64,000 bases of DNA from a virus (taxonomy: Duplodnaviria > Heunggongvirae > Uroviricota > Caudoviricetes). Below, piece after piece: positions 7,733 to 17,078 of the stretch. The DNA lies in the IMG/VR virus record IMGVR_UViG_3300032307_000691; one strand, given 5' to 3'. The notes under the pieces were generated by a model. That model did no database searches. It worked only from the letters and a program-made list of their open reading frames with translations, and had not been told where the DNA came from. Positions within the stretch are counted from its first letter, which is position 1, and every line of letters begins with the position of its first letter. Position numbers and translations under genes: made by a program.

Positions 7733-8275
7733 TTAAAAAAGATAAAAGAAACATCCTTTGGACCAATAATCTCCGTATTCATCCAACTCCAAAGATTGTC
7801 CGTCATATTTTAAATCAGTAATGACTTCAACGTACTCATGAACATCAACACGCTTGAATGAAAGTTTCTCAGGGTCAAACTCATCTTCGATATTCAATTC
7901 ATATTCCTTGAAGGTACCTTTCACGTAATGTTCAATCACAAGAATGTTTTCCTTCTCAATGAATGTGTAATCACCTTCATCTTCTCCCTCGTTCATATAG
8001 AAATCATTATCTGACTTCCACACAACTTCCTCATTCTCATCCAAAACTTGGATGTGGTAACTCTCAGGAGAACAGTACGAACCTGTGTAGGTTTCATCCG
8101 CGTAATCCCAACTGTCAACCTCCAACAAATCTGTTAAATCGTCGAGGTCAATATCCGATTCGGGAGAATCGTTATCAACTCCCCATTCCTGAAGTTGTTG
8201 TTTTTGTTCTTCATTGACCGGATGGATATAGATATCCGCGCCACGTCCACTGAAAATAAGTTTATATTTTTTCAT
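7733..8275 (-). CDS. acidic hypothetical protein (180 aa)
   Basis: ORF track; D/E-rich. Confidence 0.5.
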   Translation of the reverse strand: MKKYKLIFSGRGADIYIHPVNEEQKQQLQEWGVDNDSPESDIDLDDLTDLLEVDSWDYADETYTGSYCSPESYHIQVLDENEEVVWKSDNDFYMNEGEDEGDYTFIEKENILVIEHYVKGTFKEYELNIEDEFDPEKLSFKRVDVHEYVEVITDLKYDGQSLELDEYGDYWSKGCFFYLF

Positions 8276-8277
8276 GA

Positions 8278-8451
8278 TTAGTTTTCTTTAAAGAGTGAAA
8301 GGTACATTAAGTATAGTGCCAGTATTCCCATACCAACAAACATACTCATAACAACAAGGGTGTATAATTCGAACCATAGTAAGATTGGTCCGACCATTAA
8401 CCCCAACGATAATGCCCCAATAGCATTAATTCTTGATTCCCACTTTTCCAT
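8278..8451 (-). CDS. small membrane protein
   Basis: ORF track start is TTG; first ATG gives MEKWESRI...; two TM helices. Confidence 0.4.
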   Translation of the reverse strand: MEKWESRINAIGALSLGLMVGPILLWFELYTLVVMSMFVGMGILALYLMYLSLFKEN

Positions 8452-8475
8452 GATGTTGAACAAATATACGAAATG

Positions 8476-8497
8476 TTTTTGAATATTCCAAAAAATT
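8476..8497 (-). promoter_or_regulatory. GAATATTC-type promoter-like box (minus strand reads AATTTTTTGGAATATTCAAAAA)
   Basis: Followed on the minus strand by TATATTTG (TAnnTTTG) just before the start of 8278..8463. Confidence 0.5.
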
Positions 8498-8849
8498 ATG
8501 AATCCAAATATACAACTGATGCTCTAATAAACATTCCTGATTGGTCCATCGGCATTTGTTCTATGTTTCCATTATCCGATGAATATATTGTCCCGTCTTG
8601 GGTTGAGATTGCTTGATAAAAGAAAACTCGGTTACCAATGTTTGAACTAAAAAAATCTGCAATTGTTGATTGTAACCTAAACAACTCAACCGGAACCCTT
8701 CGTTCAACTATTTGTCCCATATATTCGTTACATGTGTAATAACAAACAATCGGTCGATTGACGAGGGTAATCCCTGACGCTAATCGACCGGTAACATCCC
8801 CAAATACGGGACCATTATCATAACCTCTACCAAATTTAAATTCTCTCAC
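8496..8849 (-). CDS. hypothetical protein (117 aa)
   Basis: ORF track. Confidence 0.5.
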   Translation of the reverse strand: MREFKFGRGYDNGPVFGDVTGRLASGITLVNRPIVCYYTCNEYMGQIVERRVPVELFRLQSTIADFFSSNIGNRVFFYQAISTQDGTIYSSDNGNIEQMPMDQSGMFIRASVVYLDS

Positions 8850-8852
8850 AAA

Positions 8853-9500
8853 TTAGTTAACTGCCTGATATTGTGAAGTACTAATAAAATTTTTATTTTC
8901 TATTTCTAAATCAAAAGAGTGGACATCACCAAATTCCTTTGTTATGAAGTAATTTTTATATAACATTCGTGGTAGTAATGCCCCAATTGCCTTATTATAT
9001 TCTCCACCTTTAGTGATTCTAAAATTAGAATGGGTAATTAAGTTACGTAAAATTGGTGATTCGCCAATCCAAATTTCTCGTTTAAAGAAGAGAATTGTTA
9101 TGTAATAATCTGAAGTAGTGGCAATAATACCTGACTTGTGTCCTTTATGTTCAATTTCCATAAAAAGATTACCAGTTTCGTTACCGGGAGAAATAAGTAA
9201 GTCGGTTTTTACCTCAAATCTTTTTTCTATACCATTCTTAGTTGCCCTTATATCGAATTTTATATATTCTGTTTTGTCAATATGTGTCATTTCAGAAGAT
9301 ACCACTTTCCATCCTCTTTGTTTAAGGAATTGGGTGATTATGTTCTCACCAATCTTACCCACTTTATTATCTAATTTGTGGAAATCGTAATCCTCTTTAG
9401 TATCTCTTTTTCTTTTTACTTCTAAAATGAAGAAATAATCTTTTTGACTTATCTTAAAACTATATTTTTTCATATAAATAAGTACCCATTTATTAATCAA
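8853..9500 (-). CDS. hypothetical protein (215 aa)
   Basis: ORF track; possible PD-(D/E)xK-like D...EVK segment, not verifiable by eye. Confidence 0.5.
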   Translation of the reverse strand: MINKWVLIYMKKYSFKISQKDYFFILEVKRKRDTKEDYDFHKLDNKVGKIGENIITQFLKQRGWKVVSSEMTHIDKTEYIKFDIRATKNGIEKRFEVKTDLLISPGNETGNLFMEIEHKGHKSGIIATTSDYYITILFFKREIWIGESPILRNLITHSNFRITKGGEYNKAIGALLPRMLYKNYFITKEFGDVHSFDLEIENKNFISTSQYQAVN

Positions 9501-9501
9501 G

Positions 9502-9699
9502 TTATTTAGTTTTCTCTTCGATGTATGCTAAAGCTTCGTCTCTATCATTTGCTGGAAATGGGTAAACCACTTGGGCAACAAAAGGACTTTCTTCTGCTTC
9601 ATCGGTATCTCTTTTATCCCAATACCTTTTAGCTTGTAAGGTTCCTGATACATGTCGATAACCCCACCATAGATTTTTAACTTCTTCTGTTTGTGTCAT
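9502..9699 (-). CDS. hypothetical protein (65 aa)
   Basis: ORF track. Confidence 0.4.
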   Translation of the reverse strand: MTQTEEVKNLWWGYRHVSGTLQAKRYWDKRDTDEAEESPFVAQVVYPFPANDRDEALAYIEEKTK

Positions 9700-10031
9700 A
9701 ACACTTCAGTTAAAACTCTCCACTCTTTTAATAGGTTGCCGTCGAATATTACTTCAACAGGAATACCCTTTAGTTTATCAACACTATCAACTTTTGCATC
9801 TTTTAAAAGTTTTGATAAAAAACGAACCGTTTCACCAATGTTATTGGTTCTATCTTCCTCGGTCCACTTAGTGTGTTCAGAGCATTTAATCATTTCAGGG
9901 TCCCATGTACCCTTGAAGTCACCAACACCCCAACTACCGTTGCCAAGTGTAACCGATAAACCAATACAAGCGTCTTGGTATCCGCCGTGTCCGAATCTTA
10001 CTGATTCGATTTTTCCTAATTTCTTTTCCAT
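9696..10031 (-). CDS. hypothetical protein (111 aa)
   Basis: ORF track. Confidence 0.5.
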   Translation of the reverse strand: MEKKLGKIESVRFGHGGYQDACIGLSVTLGNGSWGVGDFKGTWDPEMIKCSEHTKWTEEDRTNNIGETVRFLSKLLKDAKVDSVDKLKGIPVEVIFDGNLLKEWRVLTEVL

Positions 10032-10037
10032 ATTTTT

Positions 10038-10259
10038 TTATTGAGGACTAATACCACATTTATGTTTATGTTCAACATACCACATGATTCTAAATGTACC
10101 TAACACAAAGAAGTATGTGTCGAATTCATTAATATCATCGGTTGATTTACAAATACCTGTGTGATATGCAGGTACTTTGGTTTGTACCGTCTTTGCACTC
10201 TTCGGGAATTTGTTAAATGCAATACTATGTCGTTTAGTTAATTTGAATGATTTATACAT
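10038..10259 (-). CDS. hypothetical protein (73 aa)
   Basis: ORF track. Confidence 0.4.
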   Translation of the reverse strand: MYKSFKLTKRHSIAFNKFPKSAKTVQTKVPAYHTGICKSTDDINEFDTYFFVLGTFRIMWYVEHKHKCGISPQ

Positions 10260-10491
10260 AATTTATCTTGTTATTAAAAGTGCGGCAATTATTATGATGA
10301 TGGCAACGATTGACCAAAACGCAACAGTTTCACTGAATTGTACTTGGTCCTTTCTTCGTCCTTGTCTGTCTTTTCTGCTCATAGGTCGTCAATTTTATCC
10401 ATTATTACGGTTATCAACCAGAGGATTACAAGAATAATTCCTCCGAAAATCATGAATCCCCAAAACACATTTCCCATCTCACAATTGATTT

Positions 10492-11190
10492 TTAGTTGTT
10501 AATCTTTACATCGAACTTTTCCACCTCATTTGCATTAACCATGTTACCCATGATTAGAATAAACATTTTTTCATTTGGAATGCCAAAGAATGTTTTAATA
10601 TCAGAATCAGTAGAATAAACATCCAATTCTTCGACACCAACATGTTTTAGGTTGTCAACCACTTCTCTCATTTCACCAAGAGATAGATGGTTACCATGAA
10701 TTTTTATGTAATGATTTTCAGGATAACGGTATTCACCTGTTTCTTCTTCACCACACTCGATTTTACCTTCACCATCACATTCATCACATTCGTTAATGTG
10801 ACCACAGCAATTACATTCTACTTCACCTTCACCATCACATTCATCACAATCCCTGTACTTTTTATCATACTCGGGCATCATCTTGATGTCATCAAAAATC
10901 TTTTCGACATCGGAAATCAAAATTTTACCAAATCGACCCATACCTTTTTCGTAAATCCTTTCGTATTCCTCCATGATTTTTAGTGCATTGGCACCGTCAC
11001 CTTTTGAGAAATCATGAACATTTTCACGATTAATAAACTCGGGGTCATAAACCCACAATAATTTGTGGGAGTTGGTTGATGCTAACCAACCGTTGGGATA
11101 ACAAATAGGTTTGAAGATTGGGTCTCTCCAATCATTATCTGAAGCCCACGACCTAACAAAGGCTTCGTATTTTGGATTATCCTTTATCAT
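10492..11190 (-). CDS. protein with DnaJ-type CxxCxGxG zinc-finger repeats
   Basis: CDECDGEGEVECNCCGHINECDECDGEGKIECGEEETGE: two CxxCxGxG units. Confidence 0.55.
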   Translation of the reverse strand: MIKDNPKYEAFVRSWASDNDWRDPIFKPICYPNGWLASTNSHKLLWVYDPEFINRENVHDFSKGDGANALKIMEEYERIYEKGMGRFGKILISDVEKIFDDIKMMPEYDKKYRDCDECDGEGEVECNCCGHINECDECDGEGKIECGEEETGEYRYPENHYIKIHGNHLSLGEMREVVDNLKHVGVEELDVYSTDSDIKTFFGIPNEKMFILIMGNMVNANEVEKFDVKINN

Positions 11191-11749
11191 CTACTTTCTG
11201 ACTAATTTGTTCAACAATATTTTTCATAAACGACATTACTTGTTCGTTTGGTTCTTTACCATTTTCCATATCTTGGATTTCTTTTTGGAACTTCTCACTA
11301 ACAGTTTCCAACTTACCGGTCTTAACTCCGTCAAAGAAATCAATTACAATTTGTGGTGCTTTAAATTCAATGTAAGCATATGTTGAATCAAAGTCATCAT
11401 CATAGTTTTGAATGTACAATGGATGTTCTGATAGTAATTCGAAAACATAAGAATACCAATCACGATTACCTCCACCATTTCTTGTATACAAAACGATTTT
11501 AGGTTCACTACCCTCTTCATTTTGAAAAAAGATATCACGGAATCTACCGGTTGGGTAGTATCTATTCTTCTTACAGTCATTCATCAGAGCAATACCATCT
11601 TCGCAATCCCAATTTGGTTCACCCCAAGTGTCAGTGATTTTTTCATAACGTTCCTCCCAATTCTCAGGAACATTCTTATCCAATTCCAATGCGCCGATTA
11701 GAAGTGGTGTTGCCGGATTTACTCCGAACAATGTATTGTACAAACTCAT
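11177..11749 (-). CDS. hypothetical protein (190 aa)
   Basis: ORF track. Confidence 0.5.
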   Translation of the reverse strand: MSLYNTLFGVNPATPLLIGALELDKNVPENWEERYEKITDTWGEPNWDCEDGIALMNDCKKNRYYPTGRFRDIFFQNEEGSEPKIVLYTRNGGGNRDWYSYVFELLSEHPLYIQNYDDDFDSTYAYIEFKAPQIVIDFFDGVKTGKLETVSEKFQKEIQDMENGKEPNEQVMSFMKNIVEQISQKVDDKG

Positions 11750-12009
11750 TTTAGTTCTTTTAACTTATTGGTCAGTTCTTCAGCCAAAATATCTTTTCGG
11801 GTGAGGGTTGGTTTCTCGACAACATTAACTGTACTTCCACACCACGTGTTAATATATTCGTGTGGTAAGAATGTTGAGCCCGAGAAGTAAACTTCTTGTG
11901 GTGTTTCTTCGATTGGTTCCATATTTTCTAATAGTTTTTTAGTTGCTCCCATGTTTCTTATTGTTTTGTAAAGTTGGTACGGTGCGAATGATTCGAATAA
12001 CTTTTTCAT
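11746..12009 (-). CDS. hypothetical protein (87 aa)
   Basis: ORF track. Confidence 0.45.
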   Translation of the reverse strand: MKKLFESFAPYQLYKTIRNMGATKKLLENMEPIEETPQEVYFSGSTFLPHEYINTWCGSTVNVVEKPTLTRKDILAEELTNKLKELK

Positions 12010-12335
12010 ATGTTGGTTACTTTATCAGTTACCCAAAGTTCTCTCGGCATACCAACATTACTCATCATCACCACATAAAAATAAATGCATTGGCGATTAA
12101 CACTGTCGGCGTTGGCAAATGAACCGTACAAATCATTTTTAACCAATGATTGAACGAAGGAACCACCGGGGTAACCGACGTTCCATTTGGTACATAGTAT
12201 ACTAACGGCAATGGATTTAACGTGGTCCATTGATTCAGTGTCTCCCAATATGTTTAATGGGAGTAGTTGACGATTCTCAAAAAGGAACTTCGTAACAGCT
12301 CCTTCGACAGCGGTGATTTGTTCATCTATGTTCAT
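12006..12335 (-). CDS. hypothetical protein (109 aa)
   Basis: ORF track; ATG confirmed at 12333-12335. Confidence 0.5.
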   Translation of the reverse strand: MNIDEQITAVEGAVTKFLFENRQLLPLNILGDTESMDHVKSIAVSILCTKWNVGYPGGSFVQSLVKNDLYGSFANADSVNRQCIYFYVVMMSNVGMPRELWVTDKVTNI

Positions 12336-12351
12336 GATACAATAATAAGAA

Positions 12352-12380
12352 TTTTTTTGAATATACCAAAAATTTTTTTT
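12352..12380 (-). promoter_or_regulatory. GAATATTC-type promoter-like box (variant GGTATATTC)
   Basis: tttttttgaatataccaaaaatttttttt, 17 nt upstream of start 12335. Confidence 0.45.
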
Positions 12381-12599
12381 CTAATCACATAATCTCTTGT
12401 GTGTCAGGTTCATACATTTGAGTGAACAGTACTTCATACTACCATTTTTTACCTGATACACATTACCACAACAAATACAAATTCTTTTTGTGTTATAACG
12501 TTTCATTTCCTCCGAATTAGGTTTTTCGGTTTCAAATAGATTACTAAAGAAAGTTTTAATTCGTTTCCACATATTAAAAAGGAAGTTCTTCTCTATCAT
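12381..12599 (-). CDS. small zinc-ribbon protein (72 aa)
   Basis: CICCGN...CSLKC pairs of cysteines. Confidence 0.45.
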   Translation of the reverse strand: MIEKNFLFNMWKRIKTFFSNLFETEKPNSEEMKRYNTKRICICCGNVYQVKNGSMKYCSLKCMNLTHKRLCD

Positions 12600-13473
12600 C
12601 TATCGAACCTGTTCGGAGAGAGTTAGTTATTACTTGATTTATATCCACACCCAAAACCCCCATCAATTGATTTAAATCTAATGAAGTGTTACCAGCCATT
12701 GTTGCTATACTCGCCCCGTTGTTTGATGAAATTGCTTGGGCATATTCTCCCACCGTCAGGTCTTTCTTTTTTATAACCCCTTCAATCTCTTTGTTTTTAC
12801 TAAGGTCATCAACTGTTTCGGATTTCTGAACCTCTTCCGCAAGGATACCGAAGATGTCTGGTGGTAGTGGGAAATTAAACGGACTTGATTCTTTATCATT
12901 TGCTAACCAACCCTGAACGGCACCGCCATGTGAATCACATGAAACCGCCCACTTTCCATTGGTTCTTTTATTGATAATATAAATTAATTTATATCTACTA
13001 CGGTAGTTGTTCCAATGTTGTTGTTGGGTGGTGCACCATTTTGTATTTGAACCATACACTTTTGATGCCTCGTATGAAAGAGGAATCAATACCAACCACG
13101 TATCGGTTTCATATAGTTTCTTAACTTGTTTCTCAACTTCTTTTAATCGAACAATATCATCTGCTTTCTTAACCGCTGTGGTGATGTCCTCAAAGTTTCT
13201 ATATGTTCCAATGTCTGGTTTCTCAATACGATTTGCTCTTGAGTGCTTTTCAAAATCGACAAGTGCGGATAGATTATCATAACCAAAGAGAGTGATGCAA
13301 ATTCCTTTATAAAATGCATCGTAGTTACCCTTCTTCAGGTATTCATCCTTGAGAACCTTGACAAGAAATTGTACATACTTGTAACTGTCAGTTGGTTCAA
13401 CCGATGTAATGATATCCAGTAGTGAAACATTCAACTCAGGATTCTGCTCTTTGATTTTATCTAACCTACTCAT
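12574..13473 (-). CDS. conserved phage protein, paralog of 27881..28861 (family A)
   Basis: Shared block WLVLIPLSYEASKVYGSNTKWCTT vs WVVLRPLTYLASRKYGSSTKWCTA. Confidence 0.55.
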   Translation of the reverse strand: MSRLDKIKEQNPELNVSLLDIITSVEPTDSYKYVQFLVKVLKDEYLKKGNYDAFYKGICITLFGYDNLSALVDFEKHSRANRIEKPDIGTYRNFEDITTAVKKADDIVRLKEVEKQVKKLYETDTWLVLIPLSYEASKVYGSNTKWCTTQQQHWNNYRSRYKLIYIINKRTNGKWAVSCDSHGGAVQGWLANDKESSPFNFPLPPDIFGILAEEVQKSETVDDLSKNKEIEGVIKKKDLTVGEYAQAISSNNGASIATMAGNTSLDLNQLMGVLGVDINQVITNSLRTGSIDDREELPF

Positions 13474-13655
13474 CTTATATAATGTAAATAATTTTTTCTA
13501 AAATTCAAAATATTATCCAATCAAAGAACAGATTTGCTCATTCATCTTTCTTTTATTGTTGATAACCAATAACTTTTTCTTACAAGTGGGACCACAGGTT
13601 TTCTTATTAGAATAACCGGTAATTTCCTTTTTACAGATTTGGCAATTCTTTACCA

Positions 13656-13874
13656 TCACTTCTTCTTTTTCTTTTTGAACTTGTTCTTGAATTTGGTAAC
13701 CTTTGATTTGAGCTTTGAAACTTTGTTCCCTAACTCCTTTTCCCTTTCAATGAAAATACCTTCGTTCTCTAAGAATTCAAAGTGACGTTTTTTCATCATT
13801 GGGATTGACAACAGGAACCCTCCCGCAAGAAGTGTAATAGAGAGAGTAATCAGCGCAATGACTTCGTTGTTCAT
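13656..13874 (-). CDS. small membrane protein with K-rich tail (72 aa)
   Basis: Single TM helix; ORF track. Confidence 0.45.
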   Translation of the reverse strand: MNNEVIALITLSITLLAGGFLLSIPMMKKRHFEFLENEGIFIEREKELGNKVSKLKSKVTKFKNKFKKKKKK

Positions 13875-13916
13875 TTGATACGTTATTAAAAATTCAACGC
13901 ATCAAATCTAAAAAAA

Positions 13917-13941
13917 TATTTTCGAATATCCAAACTATTTT
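13917..13941 (-). promoter_or_regulatory. GAATATTC-type promoter-like box (minus strand reads AAAATAGTTTGGATATTCGAAAA)
   Basis: Contains TAGTTTGG, the same core as the plus-strand TTAGTTTGGCAA motif. Confidence 0.45.
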
Positions 13942-14396
13942 CCGATGGCATCCTTTTCCGATATTGTGATGGGGTGATGACCAACATAACCTTTCACAAT
14001 ATCAAACACTTCCTTGTTTTGAGACCAAACTATTGAGTGTTCAGATGATGGATTATATTCACCATGAACTAAGTAAACAACAATCGTATTGGGTGTTAGT
14101 GTAAGGAACCCGTGAGCTTTATCATCGGGAATGTAAACCGCATAACCTGAAGTAACATGTTCGTGGTCGACTTCTCCGGTGTTTAAATCCACAGCAAAAT
14201 CTATAATCTCACCTTGGATTACTTTGATGTACTTTCTTTGTGGTGGGTCAGTTTGATAATGTAAACCACGAAAGGTGAAAGGTTTATCGTTGACACTAAT
14301 GGAACATTGTGTCCAGTCCATATCCATAGCTCTTAACCCCACTGGCGTATAAGAACCTCTTTCATCAAAGAATGTTGGGTGTATAATCTTTTCCAT
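13935..14396 (-). CDS. dTDP-4-dehydrorhamnose 3,5-epimerase-like cupin (RmlC family)
   Basis: DERG...RGLHYQ...KYIKVIQGEIIDFAVDL...AHGFLTL...YNPSSEHSIVW match the RmlC His/Lys/Tyr catalytic motifs. Confidence 0.7.
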   Translation of the reverse strand: MEKIIHPTFFDERGSYTPVGLRAMDMDWTQCSISVNDKPFTFRGLHYQTDPPQRKYIKVIQGEIIDFAVDLNTGEVDHEHVTSGYAVYIPDDKAHGFLTLTPNTIVVYLVHGEYNPSSEHSIVWSQNKEVFDIVKGYVGHHPITISEKDAIGK

Positions 14397-14397
14397 A

Positions 14398-14601
14398 TTA
14401 CCAAGAATCTGTATCTGTTAAATCTAATTCCAATTTAAGGTCATGACTGTAAACCTTAATCTCGGGACCAATACCGAAATTGGTAATTTTCCATGTTAAT
14501 ATCCCGATTTCGCCTCGGAGTGCTTTTATATGACCACACCACTCCTCAAACCTGAGTTGTTGTTTGTCATTTAATTCAATATGAATTACTTTATTTCCCA
14601 T
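14398..14601 (-). CDS. hypothetical protein
   Basis: ORF 14398..14673 trimmed to an internal ATG (MGNKVIH) adjacent to the upstream gene. Confidence 0.4.
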   Translation of the reverse strand: MGNKVIHIELNDKQQLRFEEWCGHIKALRGEIGILTWKITNFGIGPEIKVYSHDLKLELDLTDTDSW

Positions 14602-14602
14602 A

Positions 14603-15328
14603 TTAAAATAGTTTTCCTTGTATATATTCTTTCTTTTTATTGACGATGGTTGGTACTGAGTTAACACTACCATCCAAGTATCTCTCTAATATTATATTCA
14701 CATTGTTTTCTGTTGGGTCATATATTGAATTGGCAATATTATTCCCATCAATTATATGAGGTCGAGCATAATAAGTTAGTTTCTGAAACGCCTCACCGTA
14801 CTTGTGGAACTGCTTTTTAAATTCTTCTGCAGCAAGCTCCTTAATCCGTTCTTTAAATCTATAATACTCATCACCAATCTCCTTTGTCCATCCGTACTCC
14901 AAACTTGTGAAAAGATAAATCTTCTTCTCAGTTTTGTGGAAGAAGGTTATAATTTTATCCTCACCGGGTGAACCAGTGTTCCATTCAATCTTCTCTTGGT
15001 TATTGGATTTATCTTCGACACCAAAGATTCCGTTTGGTGTGATGAAAAGATAATCAGGTGAACATTTAGAACCGAAGGGTTCGTGGATAACAAAGTAACC
15101 TCCACCTAATCTCTCTGAGGTAAAATCACCGTGTTCACATCTGAAATAGATACCTTTTAATTCGTCCCTATTTTTCTTATTTTCAACATAGAAGGAACCA
15201 TCATTCAACCATGATAATTCTAAGAACTTCTCCATGGTGTGGGTTTCTCGTTCCTTACTATTCCAATCGTTTTCTATTTCGGTAACGATACCCTTCAGAA
15301 TCGATTTAACCTCCTCGCTTTTATTCAT
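14603..15328 (-). CDS. hypothetical protein (241 aa)
   Basis: ORF track. Confidence 0.55.
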   Translation of the reverse strand: MNKSEEVKSILKGIVTEIENDWNSKERETHTMEKFLELSWLNDGSFYVENKKNRDELKGIYFRCEHGDFTSERLGGGYFVIHEPFGSKCSPDYLFITPNGIFGVEDKSNNQEKIEWNTGSPGEDKIITFFHKTEKKIYLFTSLEYGWTKEIGDEYYRFKERIKELAAEEFKKQFHKYGEAFQKLTYYARPHIIDGNNIANSIYDPTENNVNIILERYLDGSVNSVPTIVNKKKEYIQGKLF

Positions 15329-15409
15329 ATATAAAGTATAAGAAATATTTTTCTTTATGTCAAATTATTTCTCAAAACCGAATATATATGAAATGTAAAA
15401 TTTACTACA

Positions 15410-15814
15410 TTGGAATTAAGAGAAGAATTTAAACCGTACCATCAACACTTATTGATGAAGGTTTGGGTCGAGAATCCGCCCAAGGACGCAAGTGTCCTAA
15501 ACGAATGGTTCATTAACTTGGTTCACGCTGTTGGCATGGAAGTCGTAGGGGGACCTACCAGTGTCTATGTCGATTACCCGGGTAATGAGGGATTAACAGG
15601 TACTGTAACCTTAGCAACATCCCATTCATCAATCCACATTTGGGACCATTATGAACTACCAATGGCTCAGTTTGACATCTACAGTTGTAAATGTTTCACT
15701 TTGGAACAAGTCATGGAATGTTTTAAACCATGGGGACTTGTAAAAGCCGAATGGGTAATGATTGATAGAAACGAATTCCCACAGATTACCGAAACCGGTA
15801 CGTGGGGTGTTTAA
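15410..15814 (+). CDS. speH: pyruvoyl-dependent decarboxylase of the SpeH/AdoMetDC class-1 family
   Basis: VDYPGNEGLTGTVTLATSHSSIHIWDHYELPMAQFDIYSC aligns with B. subtilis SpeH ...[29 protein letters not shown]; lone plus-strand gene in a minus block. Confidence 0.7.
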   Translation: MELREEFKPYHQHLLMKVWVENPPKDASVLNEWFINLVHAVGMEVVGGPTSVYVDYPGNEGLTGTVTLATSHSSIHIWDHYELPMAQFDIYSCKCFTLEQVMECFKPWGLVKAEWVMIDRNEFPQITETGTWGV

Positions 15815-16818
15815 ATCCCATATGGAGTTACACTGAACTTAACTCCCATCACCGAGGGACAGTTCTGTAGTATGTGCATTTCAACCAACTCTTGGAAGTA
15901 TTTGACATCTAATGCATCTCTAAGGACACCGTCGTGATAGTATTTTAATGCTCCCGCATCCTCAAGAATATCTAACTTATTAATGATTAATTCAGTAACA
16001 CCATTGATGTTACACGCTTTAATTAAATCATTAACATTTAACCAATCTATTTGTCTCTTTCTACCGGTGGTTGCGCCGTATTCCTGTCCCAGCTCCCTGA
16101 TGGTTTCAAACACCGGGTCATCACCTTCAAAGTCCTTTGCCCCGACATACGTTCTATATGCCTTGGCAATACCATATACGTTTCTAATACTTTGAGGAGG
16201 AACCCCATTAAGAACCGCACTACCAACGGTACAATGTGATGACGTTACATATGGATAATCACCCCAATCAATATCGAGTTCAAACCCTTGAGCTCCCTCA
16301 AATAGAATGGTACACCACTCTTTACCGTGGAACTCTTCGTAAACATCTATCACCATAGAATTAAGGAACGGAGCGTCAATCGCTCTGATACCTTTACGAT
16401 AGTACTTATCTCGGTAGCAAGGACCATTACCTGTTTTAGTTGTACCAATCTGAGTATCCTTTGAATCCTCTTCAATATGTGAATTGGTAATGATATGTGC
16501 ACGTTTATCGATGAAAAGATAATCCTTTACATTTACCCCATTGTCTTGGAGTTCATTTATCTCTTTTACCAATTTATCGATGTTGATAACACAACCTAAT
16601 CCAATGATTGATTTGATTCCATAGAACACACCAACCGGAACCAAATGGGTTACGAATTTCTTATCGTTATGGTAAACAGTGTGTCCCGCATTACCACCAC
16701 CATTGTATCGAACAACGTGTGTGTATCGATTGGGTTCTTTGGCAAGTGCGTGGGCAACTTTACCCTTACCCGTGTCACCGGCTTGGAGGTCGACAATAAC
16801 GTCTGAATATGAAATCAT
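15811..16818 (-). CDS. purA: adenylosuccinate synthetase (shortened)
   Basis: QAGDTGKGKV...GGNAGHT...IGTTKTGNGPCY...FEGAQG...YPYVTSS...GATTGRKR match the PurA GDEGKGK, GHT, GTTxxGIGP and TTGRxRR motifs. Confidence 0.85.
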   Translation of the reverse strand: MISYSDVIVDLQAGDTGKGKVAHALAKEPNRYTHVVRYNGGGNAGHTVYHNDKKFVTHLVPVGVFYGIKSIIGLGCVINIDKLVKEINELQDNGVNVKDYLFIDKRAHIITNSHIEEDSKDTQIGTTKTGNGPCYRDKYYRKGIRAIDAPFLNSMVIDVYEEFHGKEWCTILFEGAQGFELDIDWGDYPYVTSSHCTVGSAVLNGVPPQSIRNVYGIAKAYRTYVGAKDFEGDDPVFETIRELGQEYGATTGRKRQIDWLNVNDLIKACNINGVTELIINKLDILEDAGALKYYHDGVLRDALDVKYFQELVEMHILQNCPSVMGVKFSVTPYGI

Positions 16819-16888
16819 TTCTTATTGGATAGTTTTTTGTTAATCGATAATAGAACGATTAAGATAACGACAAGTAGTAATCCAATCA

Positions 16889-17062
16889 TTATTGGAGAAA
16901 TTGATAGATTGTTGCCAAAATAAAACACGCAAGCCCAAAACCATTTAGGGTCCCTGAAACATATGCGTGTACTCTTTCATTGTTTTTAATAAGTTTAGGT
17001 ATGGTCCACGAACCAACAAGTCCGAACCAACCAATAATCATCGCTATTGTGTGAAATTCCAT
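16889..17062 (-). CDS. small membrane protein (57 aa), not in ORF track
   Basis: ATG at 17060-17062 (MEFHTIAMIIGWFGLVGSW...), stop TAA 16889-16891; fills a gap in the operon. Confidence 0.3.
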   Translation of the reverse strand: MEFHTIAMIIGWFGLVGSWTIPKLIKNNERVHAYVSGTLNGFGLACFILATIYQFLQ

Positions 17063-17078
17063 TTTGTTTAATCTTTTT

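Noticed and set aside
7441-7806. Apparent long overlaps between consecutive minus-strand ORFs (7441..7806 vs 7733..8275; 14398..14673 vs 14603..15328; 56235..56903 vs 56792..57796; 36368..36784 vs 36648..38102)
   Set aside because: In each case an internal ATG immediately downstream of the upstream gene's stop gives a non-overlapping or ATGA-coupled arrangement. The long overlaps are artefacts of ORF extension to the most distal start, including TTG/GTG starts used by the ORF track.
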